A stretch of DNA of 64,000 bases from the NCBI GenBank assembly GCA_951406725.2, contig OX597839.1, positions 30,132,001 through 30,196,000 of the forward strand, read 5' to 3'. The position numbers and the translations under genes were made by a program. Of this stretch, positions 26,214 through 38,698 are shown piece after piece (the stretch's first letter is position 1; the number at the start of each line of letters is the position of its first letter). The notes under the pieces were generated by a model. That model ran no database searches. It saw only the letters and a program-made list of their open reading frames with translations, and was not told the DNA's origin. Origin of the DNA: Octopus vulgaris. Its lineage: Eukaryota.

Positions 26214-28974
26214 TCTCTGCCAGTTTGTGATGCACTTTTAATAAATGTTGAAGAAATGTGATTGTCTTGAAGTGATTGTTTCAGATTGGTTCTTCTTCTT
26301 CTTTGTTGTTTTTATCAGTAGAAACTTTGATCCTTCTCCCCACCACTTCAATTAGAGAGGATCTGGATAACAGCAAGACACACTTTTATTGTCATTACTA
26401 TATGACCAACCCCACAGAATGGCATAATATACCATAGGATATAATCTTTTGAGGTGTGGCATTTTTGGAAGCTGTGCATGTCATTTGTTTTATTGCTTCA
26501 GTAGTTTGCACTTCTTTGCACATAACCAAGGATTCCATCATCATCATCATCAATTGCCTCTTTATCTTTAGCACATTCACCACCACATTCCTTTCTGTTA
26601 TCATTATCACTCTTCATCATCATCATCATCATCGTTTCAGATAACACATGTCAATGGACCTCTGATAATTTTAAAATATCACAAGAGATGCTTTTATCAA
26701 TAATTTCATTTTTGTTTGTTATATTTCATTTGAATTGTTTTGTTTTTCCTTCCCTGCCCCTTAACCTCTCAGATAATTGTGTCACAGATGATTACAGCAA
26801 CAACAACAACCCTAAACGCATCACATGTCATCATTTATCTTATGTAACAAAAACTAAACAAAATCCCATTAAAAGCAATAAAAAAACTGATAAAATTAAA
26901 CTTTGTAATGGTTTTGTGTAATTAGGTTTTTTTGTTTAATTGTAATTTTTTCTTTAAAAAAATATAGTTTTATTAATTAGCGCTGATGTTGATGCAGAAA
27001 TAGACTAAATATATATTATTTTAAGCTTACTTTTCCATGCTAGCATGGGTTGTCACAGATTGAATCAGTTGTTATTTGAAGTTAAAACCTCCTTGATGGA
27101 TTGAGGACCACATTTCACTCAAAAGTCTCACTTTTAGTAATTTTTTTTCCTTTAGCTTTTATTGTAATACCTGCACTCAAGATGTCTCCAGCAACACTAA
27201 AGACAAAATCCTAATAAATGACCCCTATTCATTTGTTCATAAGTACCAAAAAGGGCTGTCTTTGATGGAACTAGAGCTTAGGGGTGATTAGAGGGGAGAG
27301 AAATAGAATTTGAATGATATGAGAGGTGATAAGTGTTTGCAGGGTTAAACAGGGCAGGTTCTCTCAAACAGTGCTTCACCCCCAATTTGTGGTCATTTGT
27401 CTCCTTTTCATATTTTGCCTGGTCAATTCTGAATCAAAATACTGCTTGTTACCTTTTATTCAGTAAAGAGTGGACCAAGCACACAATCTTGTTTCACTCC
27501 ACTGTAAATGCTGAAGGCTTCTGAAGAAAAGGCATCTAAATAAATGGTGTTGTTTGTGCCTTTGTAGAATTACTGAGCAATTCTGAGTAACCTGAAAAGG
27601 GACTCAGTTGTAGCTGGATTTTCATGAGGTTAATAAAAGTGATGTGGAATGGTTATCTTTACTCCTTGCATTTCTTGTAGATATCAAAGGAAGAAAATGA
27701 TGTTATTTGTGCAGTTCTAACCTGAAGCTACATTGAGAGAATCCTATCACATCTGTGTATCTTCTTTTGGTAGGTCTGCAGGGAGGGCATGTTCCAGTTA
27801 CTTGATGACCCACTTTCCTTAAGCATCATGTCATAGTGACATTACTTGTCGAGGTTTTCTATAGAAATTATAACCAGAACTGATTTTGTTATGAGATAAC
27901 CTTAACAAGTGATTTAATAGCACTGCTAACACAGTAGAACACAGAATCGACTAATAAAAGTGTTTAATATACTCTGTAGTATATTAGGGTTGCTTGGCGA
28001 AATGCAATGTCCCCAGAAGTCCTTAATAGTGACACCAATGCATGCTCCTTGAGTGGTTTCATAAAATACATCTTTGTTTCAAATCTAATCATGCTGCAAA
28101 CCAGTAAACCAGTCCTCTGGAAGTCATAACCACATTCCTCACACAGCAAGGTCTTGTGAGGATCAGGATCACTTGGTGCCAGTGTTTGGAGCAGAGATGT
28201 CTTCGGGGCTCCTTATGCTGGCCTTTGTTTTGCAAGTTAATGATAGTGACATACAAGACCATGAAGTGTGCAAAACTCAGATAATCACTGTTTGTTATTA
28301 TTTGAACTCCGGCAACTTAGCCAAGAATCATGGTTGGCACCGACTTTGGTGTTGAAGTCCCCAAGCATCAGTAGCCGTTCATCAAGTTGAGTCTCTTGAA
28401 TCGTCTTTGGGAGTTTTTCATAGAATTTGTGCTTTTAGTGTTGTGCAGTGTATACAGAGCAGAACCACTGATAAACTTCACAGGACCATCAGATAGATGG
28501 GTTCCACCAACTTTGGCAGTGAGTTTTTCACAGCAAAGACAACATTATGCTCTCTAGCCTTGTTTAAGCCCTTTTTAAGCAGTAGTCTCACCCTCACAAA
28601 GAATCCATGATTCTGCAAAATCTGTCTCTTGTAGTTTCTGATGTCCACATGATTCCCCTTTCTTCGCATGTTTTTGCAGTTCTTGTTTTTTTTTTGTTTT
28701 TTTTTTCCTTCAGGTTTTCTTTGTGGATAATTAGCAATATAATAGTGGCTGCTTTTTTTTATTTTGCTTTTTACTGACCTATGGATTCTTAGATGATAGT
28801 CTTCTTTCAGTTTCTTTCTACCAGATCTACTCATAAGGTTTTGGTTTACCCCTTGAATAAAGAGGAGGACAATTGTCCAAGGAGGTATTGTGCTGTGGAA
28901 CTGAACCCAAGACCACATGGTTGAAATGTAAGCCTCTACACCATGCAGCCATGCCTGCACCTATTATATATATA

Positions 28975-29627
28975 TATAACTAATGTAGGATAAAATATTT
29001 TTCGGGAAAAAAATTTCATCAGTGGCCAGCATATCAAAAAATACCTTTAAAGGTTAAATTTATAAATAATTTACAATATAAGGGCAAAAGAAAAATTCTA
29101 ATGCCGAAAAAAAGACAAAAATTGTCAATTAACCATTATAATTTATGCGTCTCGAAACAAAACGATAGAAATTTCTAAAAAATTCGTTATTACAGTATTG
29201 GACCAATTTCGGAGTTAATTCATAAGAATTTTCTCCTACATTAGTTATAAATTTGAATAGTGTTCACTTCTGGATTCTATCACTCTGTGAAAGTTTCTAG
29301 TTTGAATCACACGTGTCTCGAGACGTGCCGAAGATTTTCTATTTTGGATATATTTGGGGTATTTAGGTCTGCTCAGGACTTGGTGTTTGCTTTTTCCATG
29401 GGTATGAGTAAGTATTTCACTTATATCTTGCGTATTTGCCGCTGAAGAGGAGAAAATTCTTATGAATTAACTCCGAAATTGGTCCAATACGGTAATAACG
29501 AATTTTTTAGAAATTTCTATTGGTTTGTTTCGAGACACATAAATTATAATGGTTAATTGACAATTTTTGTCTTTTTTTCAGCATATTTGGCATTAGAATT
29601 TTTCTTTTGCCCTTATATTGTAAATTA
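28975..29627. mobile_element. Fold-back repeat flanked by (TA)n, Penelope pLTR/retrozyme-like
   Basis: ~170-bp near-perfect inverted arms (29067-29237 vs 29449-29627) plus a 16-bp inverted match (28975-28990 vs 29234-29249). Contains a hammerhead core. Confidence 0.75.
29436..29495 (+). ncRNA. Type I hammerhead ribozyme (minimal, palindromic stem III)
   Basis: TTGCCG-CTGAAGA-GGAG-(18-nt loop)-CTCC-GAAA-TTGGTCCAA-TA-CGGTAA. All core residues and three helices are in register. Predicted cleavage is after AUA at 29489. Confidence 0.8.
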
Positions 29628-29756
29628 TATATATATATATATATACACATACACACACTGGAGTAAGCACATAAATGCGAAACAAGGTGGGAAAAAATGT
29701 ACTTGAACACCAGATGTAGAGTAATATGCTTTATTAAAAAATTTGTCTAAACAAAA

Positions 29757-29790
29757 CTGATGAACAGGAATGTGAAACTCTGAGTAACAG
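29757..29790 (+). ncRNA. Degenerate minimal hammerhead core
   Basis: CTGATGA-ACA ggaa TGT-GAAA-CTC t GAG-TA-ACAG. Stems II and III are present but the 5' strand of stem I is missing. Confidence 0.5.
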
Positions 29791-29986
29791 CTTTCGTGAT
29801 ATTTTTGCTGCTTTTTAATAAAGTATATATATATATATACAGTCTGTAAAAAACATAAACCTGAAAGAAGCAGCACACTCTAAGATATAGAGCAGTATAT
29901 ATTAAAAATGAAGAAAGCCATAAACTGGCCTTTTCCATTTTTAATACACACACACACACACATACACATGCGTGCACACACACACA

Positions 29987-31472
29987 TAGTGAAAACTTCC
30001 AAGTAGAAGTAGGGGTTCACCAAGGATCAGTCCTCAGCCCACTCTTATTCCTTATAGTGCTCCAGACAATAACAGAGGAATTCAAAACAGGCTGCCCCTG
30101 GGAGCTCCTTTATGCTGATGACCTTGCCTTAATTGCTGACTCACAGGCAGAACTAGAGACAAAGTTTAGGGTGTGGAAGCAAGATCTAGAATTGAAGGGC
30201 CTTAGGGTCAACCTAGCAGAAACCAAAGCCTTAGTAAGTAGGAAGCTTGTCAAACCACAATCCCCTTCAGGTAGATGGCCCTACTTTATCTGTAGAAAAG
30301 GCGTGGGTAGAAACTTCACACAATGTACCTGGTGTAAGCTATGGACATATCAAAGGAAAGTTAACTGGGAAAATAGTCTTTGTGTGTGGCAAATACTGAG
30401 GGGCAATAAACACTGAAGATATACAGACAACAGATTCCATCACATGCCAGGGGAAAAAACTAGAAGTAAATAGCTTCCACTAGCTAGGTGACCAAGTCTA
30501 AGGTGGGGGTGGTTGCTCTGAGAGTGTAATGGCTAGAATAAGAATAGCCTAGGCAAAGTTCAGGGAGCTCCTACCCTTGCCGGCAACTAAAGGCCGCTTG
30601 CTCAGGATGAAAAGTAGACTGTATGATGCATATGTGTGAACTGCAATGCTGCACAGCAGTGAAACATGGGCCATGATTCCTGAGGACATGTGCAGGTAAG
30701 AAAGAAATGAAGTTTGTATGATCCACTGGATGTGTAATGTCAGTGTGCATACACGACAGAACATAAGTACCCAGAGAGAAAAGTTGGACATAAGAAGCAT
30801 CAAATGTGGTGTGCAAGAGAGACGACTGCACTGGTAAGGTCATGTGATACATATGGATGAAGACAGCTGTGTGAGGAAGTGCCACACTCTAACTGTGGAA
30901 GGAACCTGTGGAAGAGGTAGACCCAGAAAGACATGGGATGAGGTGGTGAAGCACGACCTTCGAACATTGGGCCTCACAGGGGCAATGACAGGAGACCGAG
31001 ACCTTTGGAGTTATGTTGTGATTGAGAAGAACTGGCAACTAAAGTGAGATCGCAGCCATGCATGTCCGGCCCAGTTAAGAGTACCCCTGATGCATCGTGC
31101 GATATGATATGGTTGAGAAGACCTGTTGAGTCAAGTAAAACCAATATCATAGCTGGGGCCTGTAACCCCTGACTAGTTCCCATGCTGGTGACATGTAAAA
31201 AGCACCATCCAAACATGGTTGATATCAGTTCTGCCTGACTGGCTCCTGTGCTGGTGGCATGTAAAAAGCATCATCTGAACTCTCATGCTGGTGGCATGTA
31301 AAAAGTACCCACTACACTCTCACAGTAGTTAGTGTTAGGAAGGGCATCCAGCTGTAGAAACATTGCCACATCACATTGGAGCCTGGTGTAGCTGTTGGCT
31401 CTCCAGACCTCAGTCAAGCTGTCCAACCCATGCCAGCATGGAAAACGGACGTTAAATGATGATGATGATGAT
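29987..31472 (+). mobile_element. RTE-clade LINE, 5'-truncated, degenerate
   Basis: GVHQGSVLSPLLF, CPWELLYADD and a PHD-like remnant. Same family as 22228-24527, with a (GAT)n tail at ~31456-31472. Confidence 0.92.
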
Positions 31473-32197
31473 TTTATACACACACACACAACAGGCTTCT
31501 CTACAAATTCCTCGTACCAATTTCACTGAAAAGGCATCAGTTAACTCAAGGCTATTTCTGCAGACGGATAGAACCTGAAACCATGCCATTACAACACCTA
31601 TGTCTCTTATCCCATGTCTACAACTCTGCCAACTTCCACACTGCCCAGCTATTTCTCAGCCTTATTCATTAATCGAATTTTTAACTCTTTTTGAGGATTA
31701 TTCACTTGAGATCTAGTATATACTGGTAAAACCTCAGCTGCATTGCAGTAGAAGTCTTATCAGAACAAAACCTGTTGCCATCCTCCCCAAAACTCTGCCT
31801 GTATACCCCTCCTCAGTTTTTAAGTAATTTTAATTAAATTCCCAAGTTGTATCCCCTGCCTTCCTTTTATTAAAATTAAGCGTTAAATGATTTCATTTGG
31901 TCACAGTATTGGCATTGGATTTTTTCCCTCAAGCTCCCTACATTAGCTATATTAACACCAATTTGATTACTTGTACTGACTTCCTCACCCAAGTTCTCCC
32001 TTGTTATAAATCTCATCCCCTCTTTATGTGCTTACATTATCGGTCTCTCAATAAGTTTGAAGTAGATACAATAAACGGTGCAGTTAACGACACACATCTG
32101 AAAATGTCTTCATCCAACAGTATCCTTTAAATATTCCTTTTCAAGATTTATTCGTGCTTTACTCCTTAAAAGGGTGAGATGAACGTAGCCGTATTAC

Positions 32198-32471
32198 CAG
32201 TGGCGGACTGGGTCTAAAAATATTGGTTGCCAGAAGACTAAGCGGGTCTACTCGCAACTACCAAATGCTATCATTTAATTTTCTTTTTTTGTTTTGTTTT
32301 GTTAAAGGCATTCTTTCCAACTGTCTACAAACACTTATAATTAATGCATTCTTCTATGAGTGAATAAAAAAATTCTCAAACGTGAGGGGATGGGCCCCTA
32401 TATACGGGTTCTAATGGCTCAGGGGCCTACTTACCATAGGGCAAGCTGGCAACCCGGCCAATCCGCCACTG
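32198..32471. mobile_element. hAT-type MITE
   Basis: TIRs CAGTGGCGGACTGG / CCAATCCGCCACTG (13/14). 8-bp flanks CGTATTAC / CCTATCAC match 6/8, consistent with a decayed TSD. Confidence 0.75.
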
Positions 32472-32499
32472 CCTATCACTAATTGATAGTTATTGCAGT

Positions 32500-33781
32500 C
32501 TTAAGCACAAAAGCAGATCAACGGCCAATCACTTGACTTCGAGTACAATAGGCTATCTATCAATCCACATCAACTTCAGCCTTTGGACTATTTTCATGCA
32601 GAGCAAAATACTCAAACTATCATTTCAAGGAAATTATTAGTTTAAGTACTTTATCAGGAATGTAGCACAACTGAATAACAAGATCCTTTCTTTAATGAAA
32701 CGACGTAAGGTGTGTTGGGTTTTTTTCTTTTCTTCAGACACAAAGTCAATTATTTGGCAAAGGAAATCCGAGTCGATTTATTGATCCCATTTGATTTACG
32801 TATATTTGCATTTGTTAACACTGATAGAGTTCGATCTTGTATAAGTCTCCCCTTCGCTTATTCACAATCTATTATTACCTTAATGAACGAGTGCAATGAA
32901 CAAGTGTCAGGATTGTTGTTAAACAGGGGATTATTCTCTCTGCGACACCGGTTTCACCCCAAGCCTTTCCAACATTTCTCGTGATTCGGATTTGTTTTTA
33001 TGTTTTCTTTTTAGTTTTCGAAACCCTTTCTGATCCTTTTGGAACCCTTTGGAACCCCTCCTAACCTTTCTTCCTTTCCGTTCTTTTTAATCGAAAATGG
33101 AAAACTCCAAATTGCTCGTCATTCGACAATTTTCACCAGAAAACTGACAAAACATTTTCTCTTTTCACAAAAACCAAATTTTTTTAATATTTAAAAAAAA
33201 ACAAAAAACAAAAAAGCTGAAAAAAAAAAACTGATCGGAATTTGTTGATTTTTAATTTGCCCCAAACTCAAACTCTGTGATTCAACTTCTTGTTTCTGTT
33301 TTATTTCCCGATCGATTTAAGCAATTCAGGAATTTGTTTTTTTATCAGACAACTTATTTCGAAAAACAAACTTTTAATACTTTTCATGTTTAATTCCATC
33401 GCAAAATCTTCTTCTCTTCAACTCTCTTTCTCTCGTCGTCTCATTCGTCCCTCTCTCTTTCTCTCTCTTTCATTGAATTCTTCTCTTTCTCTCTTATTTT
33501 CTTCTTTCATTCTTTATATTTGAAGAGATTTGTCCAGAAACAAACTGTTCTTTAAAATGGTTTGATTATCGGCAGACCCGCCAACCCCGCCCACCCCGAC
33601 ACAGTCACATCGTCACATTTTCTTTTTCTGTCTTCACACCCACATTTTAACTTTTAGTGCCCGTCTTGTGTGCATTCCAAGTGTAAACTGCTCCAGTGTG
33701 GATTCTTAAACTCTTCATAAACGACACCAAACTCCTTCACTTGACATCAACCACGCCCAGCTTTTTATAAATTTCCAGTCG
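32500..33781 (+). promoter_or_regulatory. Probable promoter and non-coding first exon of the SLC36 gene (donor after 33781)
   Basis: CpG-enriched, TE-free stretch in a CpG-poor window. It has a CCAAT box (~32525), an octamer ATTTGCAT (32804) and a strong donor G|GTGAGT at 33781/33782. The ATG exon at 48434 has an acceptor, so an upstream exon is required. Confidence 0.5.
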
Positions 33782-33848
33782 GTGAGTATTTATTTACTTA
33801 TAATTTGATACTTTACATTTTGTACTATATCACGTGTATGCGTGTGTG

Positions 33849-33882
33849 TAGATGGATGGATAGAAAGATAGATAGATAGATG

Positions 33883-33943
<61 letters not shown>

Positions 33944-33970
33944 TTGGATAGAAAGATAGATAGATAGATG
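33849..33970. repeat. (GATA)n microsatellite
   Basis: Directly visible. Numerous other (CT)n, (CA)n, (TA)n, (CAT)n and (ATT)n runs occur throughout the window. Confidence 0.95.
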
Positions 33971-34355
33971 TAATGATTTGGTCTAAACTCAGTCAATCGT
34001 TTAATAAAGATTATAAAAACTGTCCAAATGTGAGTGAGGAGTTTATATTTTATATATCCACAGCTCTTTTCGTATCTTGGATCTTTTATTGGAATATAGG
34101 AGGCTCAAGTCTTCTATTCAGTTTTCTTTCTCTGTCGCAAACCCCTAGAAATAGGACTTTTCATTAGAAATTTGCAATGTCATAATTTCTAAGAAAAAAG
34201 AAATGTTTCTGTTTACGAACCTGTCACTAATATAACTTAGGAGGACATCGGAACTAGAAACCAACAAACAACAAAATAAACATTTATTTAATCGATGTTA
34301 TTTTAAATTCCTTCACCGAGTGGATTTTTATATCAAAAAGTAAAGGGACAACAAA

Positions 34356-34421
<66 letters not shown>

Positions 34422-37345
34422 GTCTATCTATCTATCTGTCTGTCTGTCTGTCTGTCTATACACACACATACACATACGTATGCAATTTTCTGGGTCTGAG
34501 CAAGAGGCAGTGCCCAAAACCGTCTCAGTCCTTCTAGACTGTCAGATCGAGGGAATGTTTCTCGGGAAAAGCATGAACAAAGAGGGGATTCTAGAGTTAT
34601 GGAAAGGAAGAGCTGGGTATTGTGATTAATATAGAGTTTTGGAGGTTGTATACAGCCAGGGTGTTAAGGGGAAGCGAGGGTCTGGAATAGCCGAGTGATA
34701 GATGATATGATCCCAGCCAGTTCTGATGAATCGAGGCCTTGAAGTGGTGGGGGAGAAGTGATTGTGCCCCTGAAAACGACAGGCTTGGACGTTTCTGTGA
34801 ATGACTTTTATGCCAGTCAGTCTGGGGACCATTTCTGGATGTGGCAAGTGCAATAGCAGCAGCAGCAACACTGACCCCGTTGTGAGAGCAAAACTTCGTT
34901 GTTGACTTCACGTGAGCATTGACTCCATGCTGATCGCGATTAAAAGGTGTGTGTGCAGTGATTTTTTATGAGTAAAGTTTGTGGTTTGTTGCTGTTAACT
35001 TTTGAGAATGTTTTATATGCGCGCGCGCTTGTGTGAAAAGAGAAAGAGATCATGGCTGAAGCATCGCTCAGCTCTGGGTGCACAAGTCTTTATAGTGGAA
35101 ACAGATGTAAACCAGTGAATGTGATTACATAACTTCTGGGTTTTTTTTCTGCCATATCCAGCAGCCCTAAATATGTGGATTATAGAAAGAGGATGTAAAA
35201 CGATAATAATGATTTATATATATTTTGATTCATATATTTATATTACACAGGTAATTTTAATGTGTATCTAAATATTTGTGTATGAGATCATTTTCCATCC
35301 GCTTTTTCTGCTAGTATTGGTTGAATGGTCCAGCAAGATGCAACTGTCTCGAGGATTTGGCATAGTTTCCCAGGCTCAATGCTCTTCTGAATGCGAGCAC
35401 TTTGTAAAGTGTACTGGGTGTTTTTACAGAACTGTCTCACTGAAAGAAGAAACGAGAGAGAGAGGGAGAGAGAGGTGGGGTCGGTTGATGAAAGGATGAA
35501 GTGTGATGAGTGGAGCAGGTTTATTGTTGTGAGTGTGTGGTGGTAGGGAGAATAACAGGGTGGTTAGGGTTGGAAGGGGTACAGAGGTCAGGAAGGGGCA
35601 GAGTAGAAAGATAATCGAGGTGGGGCTGTGCAGGGATAGGGAGAGCCTGTGCTATCTCATGTTAAGGAAGTAAGTATGGGTGGAAGGTGGTGGGGTATGA
35701 GATGGGGGGTAAGGAAAAGATGTAGAGGGTTTGGAAGGAAAGAGAGGAGTGGGGGTGGGGGTGTGAGATGGCAGGGAAACAGAGGAGAGAGGATGCTGAG
35801 AGAAAGAGACAGGAGTGGAGGAATGTGGTGAGAGGGGTTGGAGGAAATCATGGGGGTAGGGGGAGAGAGAGAGAGTTGATAGAGCAAGAGCATGCATCTG
35901 TTTCCTTTGTGTTCTCTCTGCCCTGTTTGCTCCAAAGAGTGGGTTCTTCTCTAGCACAGCATATCACCAATCATCATGGTCCCTTGGTGTTTCCTTTGGG
36001 AAGTTCAACATCTTGACATCACTTTTCACCACTTTGTTGTCTGTCTTTCTTGGCCCTTCATCTTCCATAGACCCTATCAACTTTAAGCATTTAGCACCTG
36101 TTGCCATCCACACCCATCACTCGTTCATACCATTCTAGTCTCTCTCTCTCTTCCTCAAACTGCAGCTGGTTCCTTTTTGTCTCTAATCATTTCTGTTGTG
36201 GCCTTCATGCCCCTCTGGCATTCCACATCCAGCAAGTATGCTCAGCTCATTTCTTTCTAGCCTTCACAAATCATTTGCATTCAGGGCCCAGATCACGTTA
36301 TCATGTAGGGTCACACTTCAAACACAAATATTTGCCACTCTGCTCATCAGTCTGAGGGAATTTGCTGCATTTTTGCCCTTCTCTTCTTACTCTGGCTTCA
36401 ATACTTTTACGCCCCCCCCCCTTATATAACAAAAATTATTGCCTGCTTCTTGAGTGCACTTTGCACTCAGTGTTCTTTCATGGCACCTTGGGCAAGTGTC
36501 TCTACTATAGCCTCAGGCTGACCACAGCTGTATGAGTGGGTTTGAGATGGAAAAATCTATATGTATTTGTCTGTCTTTGGAACTGATCTTGAAGCGCATC
36601 ACAAACAGCTTTAAGTAATAGAAATATAAATACTGGGTTGTCAAAACCTTTTGGACAGAAGGCTGCTCATGAGACCGAAGCTTACATCTCCTGTCCACAC
36701 AACAAGTGCTCCACTAGTGTTTAAGATTGGCTGTTCATGAGATCACCTATTCTAGTTCTCATGTCTGAATCTGTTATGTAAATGTTGTGTGTGTGTTTTG
36801 CAATGTCAGAGCAAATATTGCAGTGTTAGATTCTTTAAAGATGATTATTTATCGAGATATTTGAGTTGTTGTTGCAGGACTTGAAGTGGTTGTGTCTCTT
36901 AGATGTCTTGGAGAGGATTGTCCAATTGGGAAACAAGCATCTACTGCCCATTCAATACTGTCCAACCAAGACTTGGAAGCCTCCATTCTCTGATGCTCTT
37001 CTTTTCGGAAAAAAAGTCTAGCAGTTTTCACCTATTTAGGTTTTCTTGGAACTATTTGTTGCATTTTTGTTCTCCATGCAAGATGACTTCTTGTTGACAG
37101 CTGCCCAGGGACATTGAACCACTTGGGTTTTAATAATTCAACAGTTCTTTCTCCCTGTTTCAGTATGGAAGCTTTACAGATATAATGGAGTCAAATGTAT
37201 GTTTGGGAAGTCCTCTTTTTCCATGGCATTATTGGTGGCATTATTGGTGGAACGTTCATTTTTAGCCAGTTTCTTATTAAAAAAGAAGAAAAAAAATACT
37301 TGCAACTCCAATTTGAACCTGCATCCATAAAATTTGCCTTGCTGC

Positions 37346-38484
37346 TTAGTTAGTTAGTTAGTTAATTTGGCTCAAAAGCAAATAGCAAGGCCATGTAGGG
37401 GGACATGGACTTAAGTACAGGGTGGTGTTCATGTAAAGAGTTCAGGCCACTTGAGGTCCAGGGAGGCTTTGAACAAAGCAGTCGTCGGCATCTTCACCAT
37501 CTCGTCTGGCAGCTTGTTCCACGGATCCGCAACCCGGACGGAGAAAGCTCCTCTCCTTCGATTGAGATGAAATCGTCGCAGGTAGAGCTTTTTGGAATGA
37601 CCCCACAGCCGACGCTCCGGGGCAGGAGTGAAGAACAGCTCTTTCGAGAGGTTACACTTTCCGCTTATGATGTTGCGGGCGAGAATGAGATCACCACGGC
37701 GGCGGCGTTTTTCAAGAGAACAAAGGTCGAGCGTCCTCAGCCTTTCTTCGTAGGACAAATTTTTGAGACCATGAACCATGCGGGTAGCCAGCCTCTGGAC
37801 TCTTTCGAGGTGATGTATGTCTTTGAGGAGATAAGGAGAAGAGGCTTGAATCCCATACTCCAATATGGGTCTCACCAGCGTGACATAGAGTGGCAGGAAT
37901 ATGGCTGCTGTGAGCATTCCGAATGACCGTCGAATCAAAAACAGAATTCCGCGCGCTTTGTTGGCAGCATGGACGCATTGGGCCGAAGGCGAAAAGGAGG
38001 AATCCACCAAGATACCCAGGTCCTTTACCTGATCAGTCCTCTCCAGCAGCAGACGACCCGGCTCGAAATCAAGTTGAGTTGCAGGAGTAGAGCTGACAGG
38101 CAGATGACAGCACTTTGACACGTTCAGACACAGGTCCCAATCGTTAGACCACTTCCAAATTTGGTGGAGGCATCGACGAAGATCCTCTATGCTACCGCGA
38201 GGAGCGACCAGTTTGATATCGTCGGCAAATAGAAGGGTGTGTTGCGTGAGGTCGTCGGGCAAGTCATTTATGAAGACTAAGAACAACAAGGGCCCAAGCA
38301 CTGAACCTTGAGGCACGCCACTGCTCGCACTGGAGACGTCAGGCCGCGAACCATTAACTTGAACTTGGAAGGAGCGATCTGAGAGGAAGGCACCAACCCA
38401 TCTTACAATATCCGGATGGAAACTATATGCTTGAAGCTTGACAAGTAGTAGGCGGTGGTTTACCGAGTCAAAAGCTTTGGCAAA
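37346..38484 (-). mobile_element. CR1-clade LINE, 5'-truncated, uninterrupted RT C-terminal ORF, (TAAC)n tail
   Basis: ORF 37429-38514 contains FAKAFDSVNH, SGVPQGSVLGPLLF, FADD, LERVQRLATRM and WNKLP. (GTTA)n on the + strand at 37346-37365. Confidence 0.92.
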
Positions 38485-38698
38485 CAATATCAGCTGTTTA
38501 CACATAATCAGCAACAGCTCAGCATTGATTGTGAGGGAAATGATGGGAAAGAGTTAAGGGATGAGAAAAGGAGAGAGAAATAGAAAGAGAGTAGCAGAGG
38601 GAGAGTGTGAAATACTCAGCTTTTGATGAGGAGCAGTAAGAGGGAGTACAGGAATGTTACATACAAAGAATGAGTAGGAGGAGGATATACTCTTTCAT

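Noticed and set aside
27400-28650. Possible old LINE RT remnants (also ~8100-8480, ~14300-15250, ~56340-57270)
   Set aside because: Only faint motif traces, too degenerate to classify without a profile search.
29180-29240. Minus-strand hammerhead in the left inverted arm
   Set aside because: It is truncated at the inversion junction and lacks CUGAnGA and the 5' strand of stem I.
37405-37978. ORFs 37405-37926(+), 18524-18823(-), 19461-20072(-), 38829-39428(+) and similar
   Set aside because: These are antisense or alternate-frame shadows of LINE RT coding sequence.
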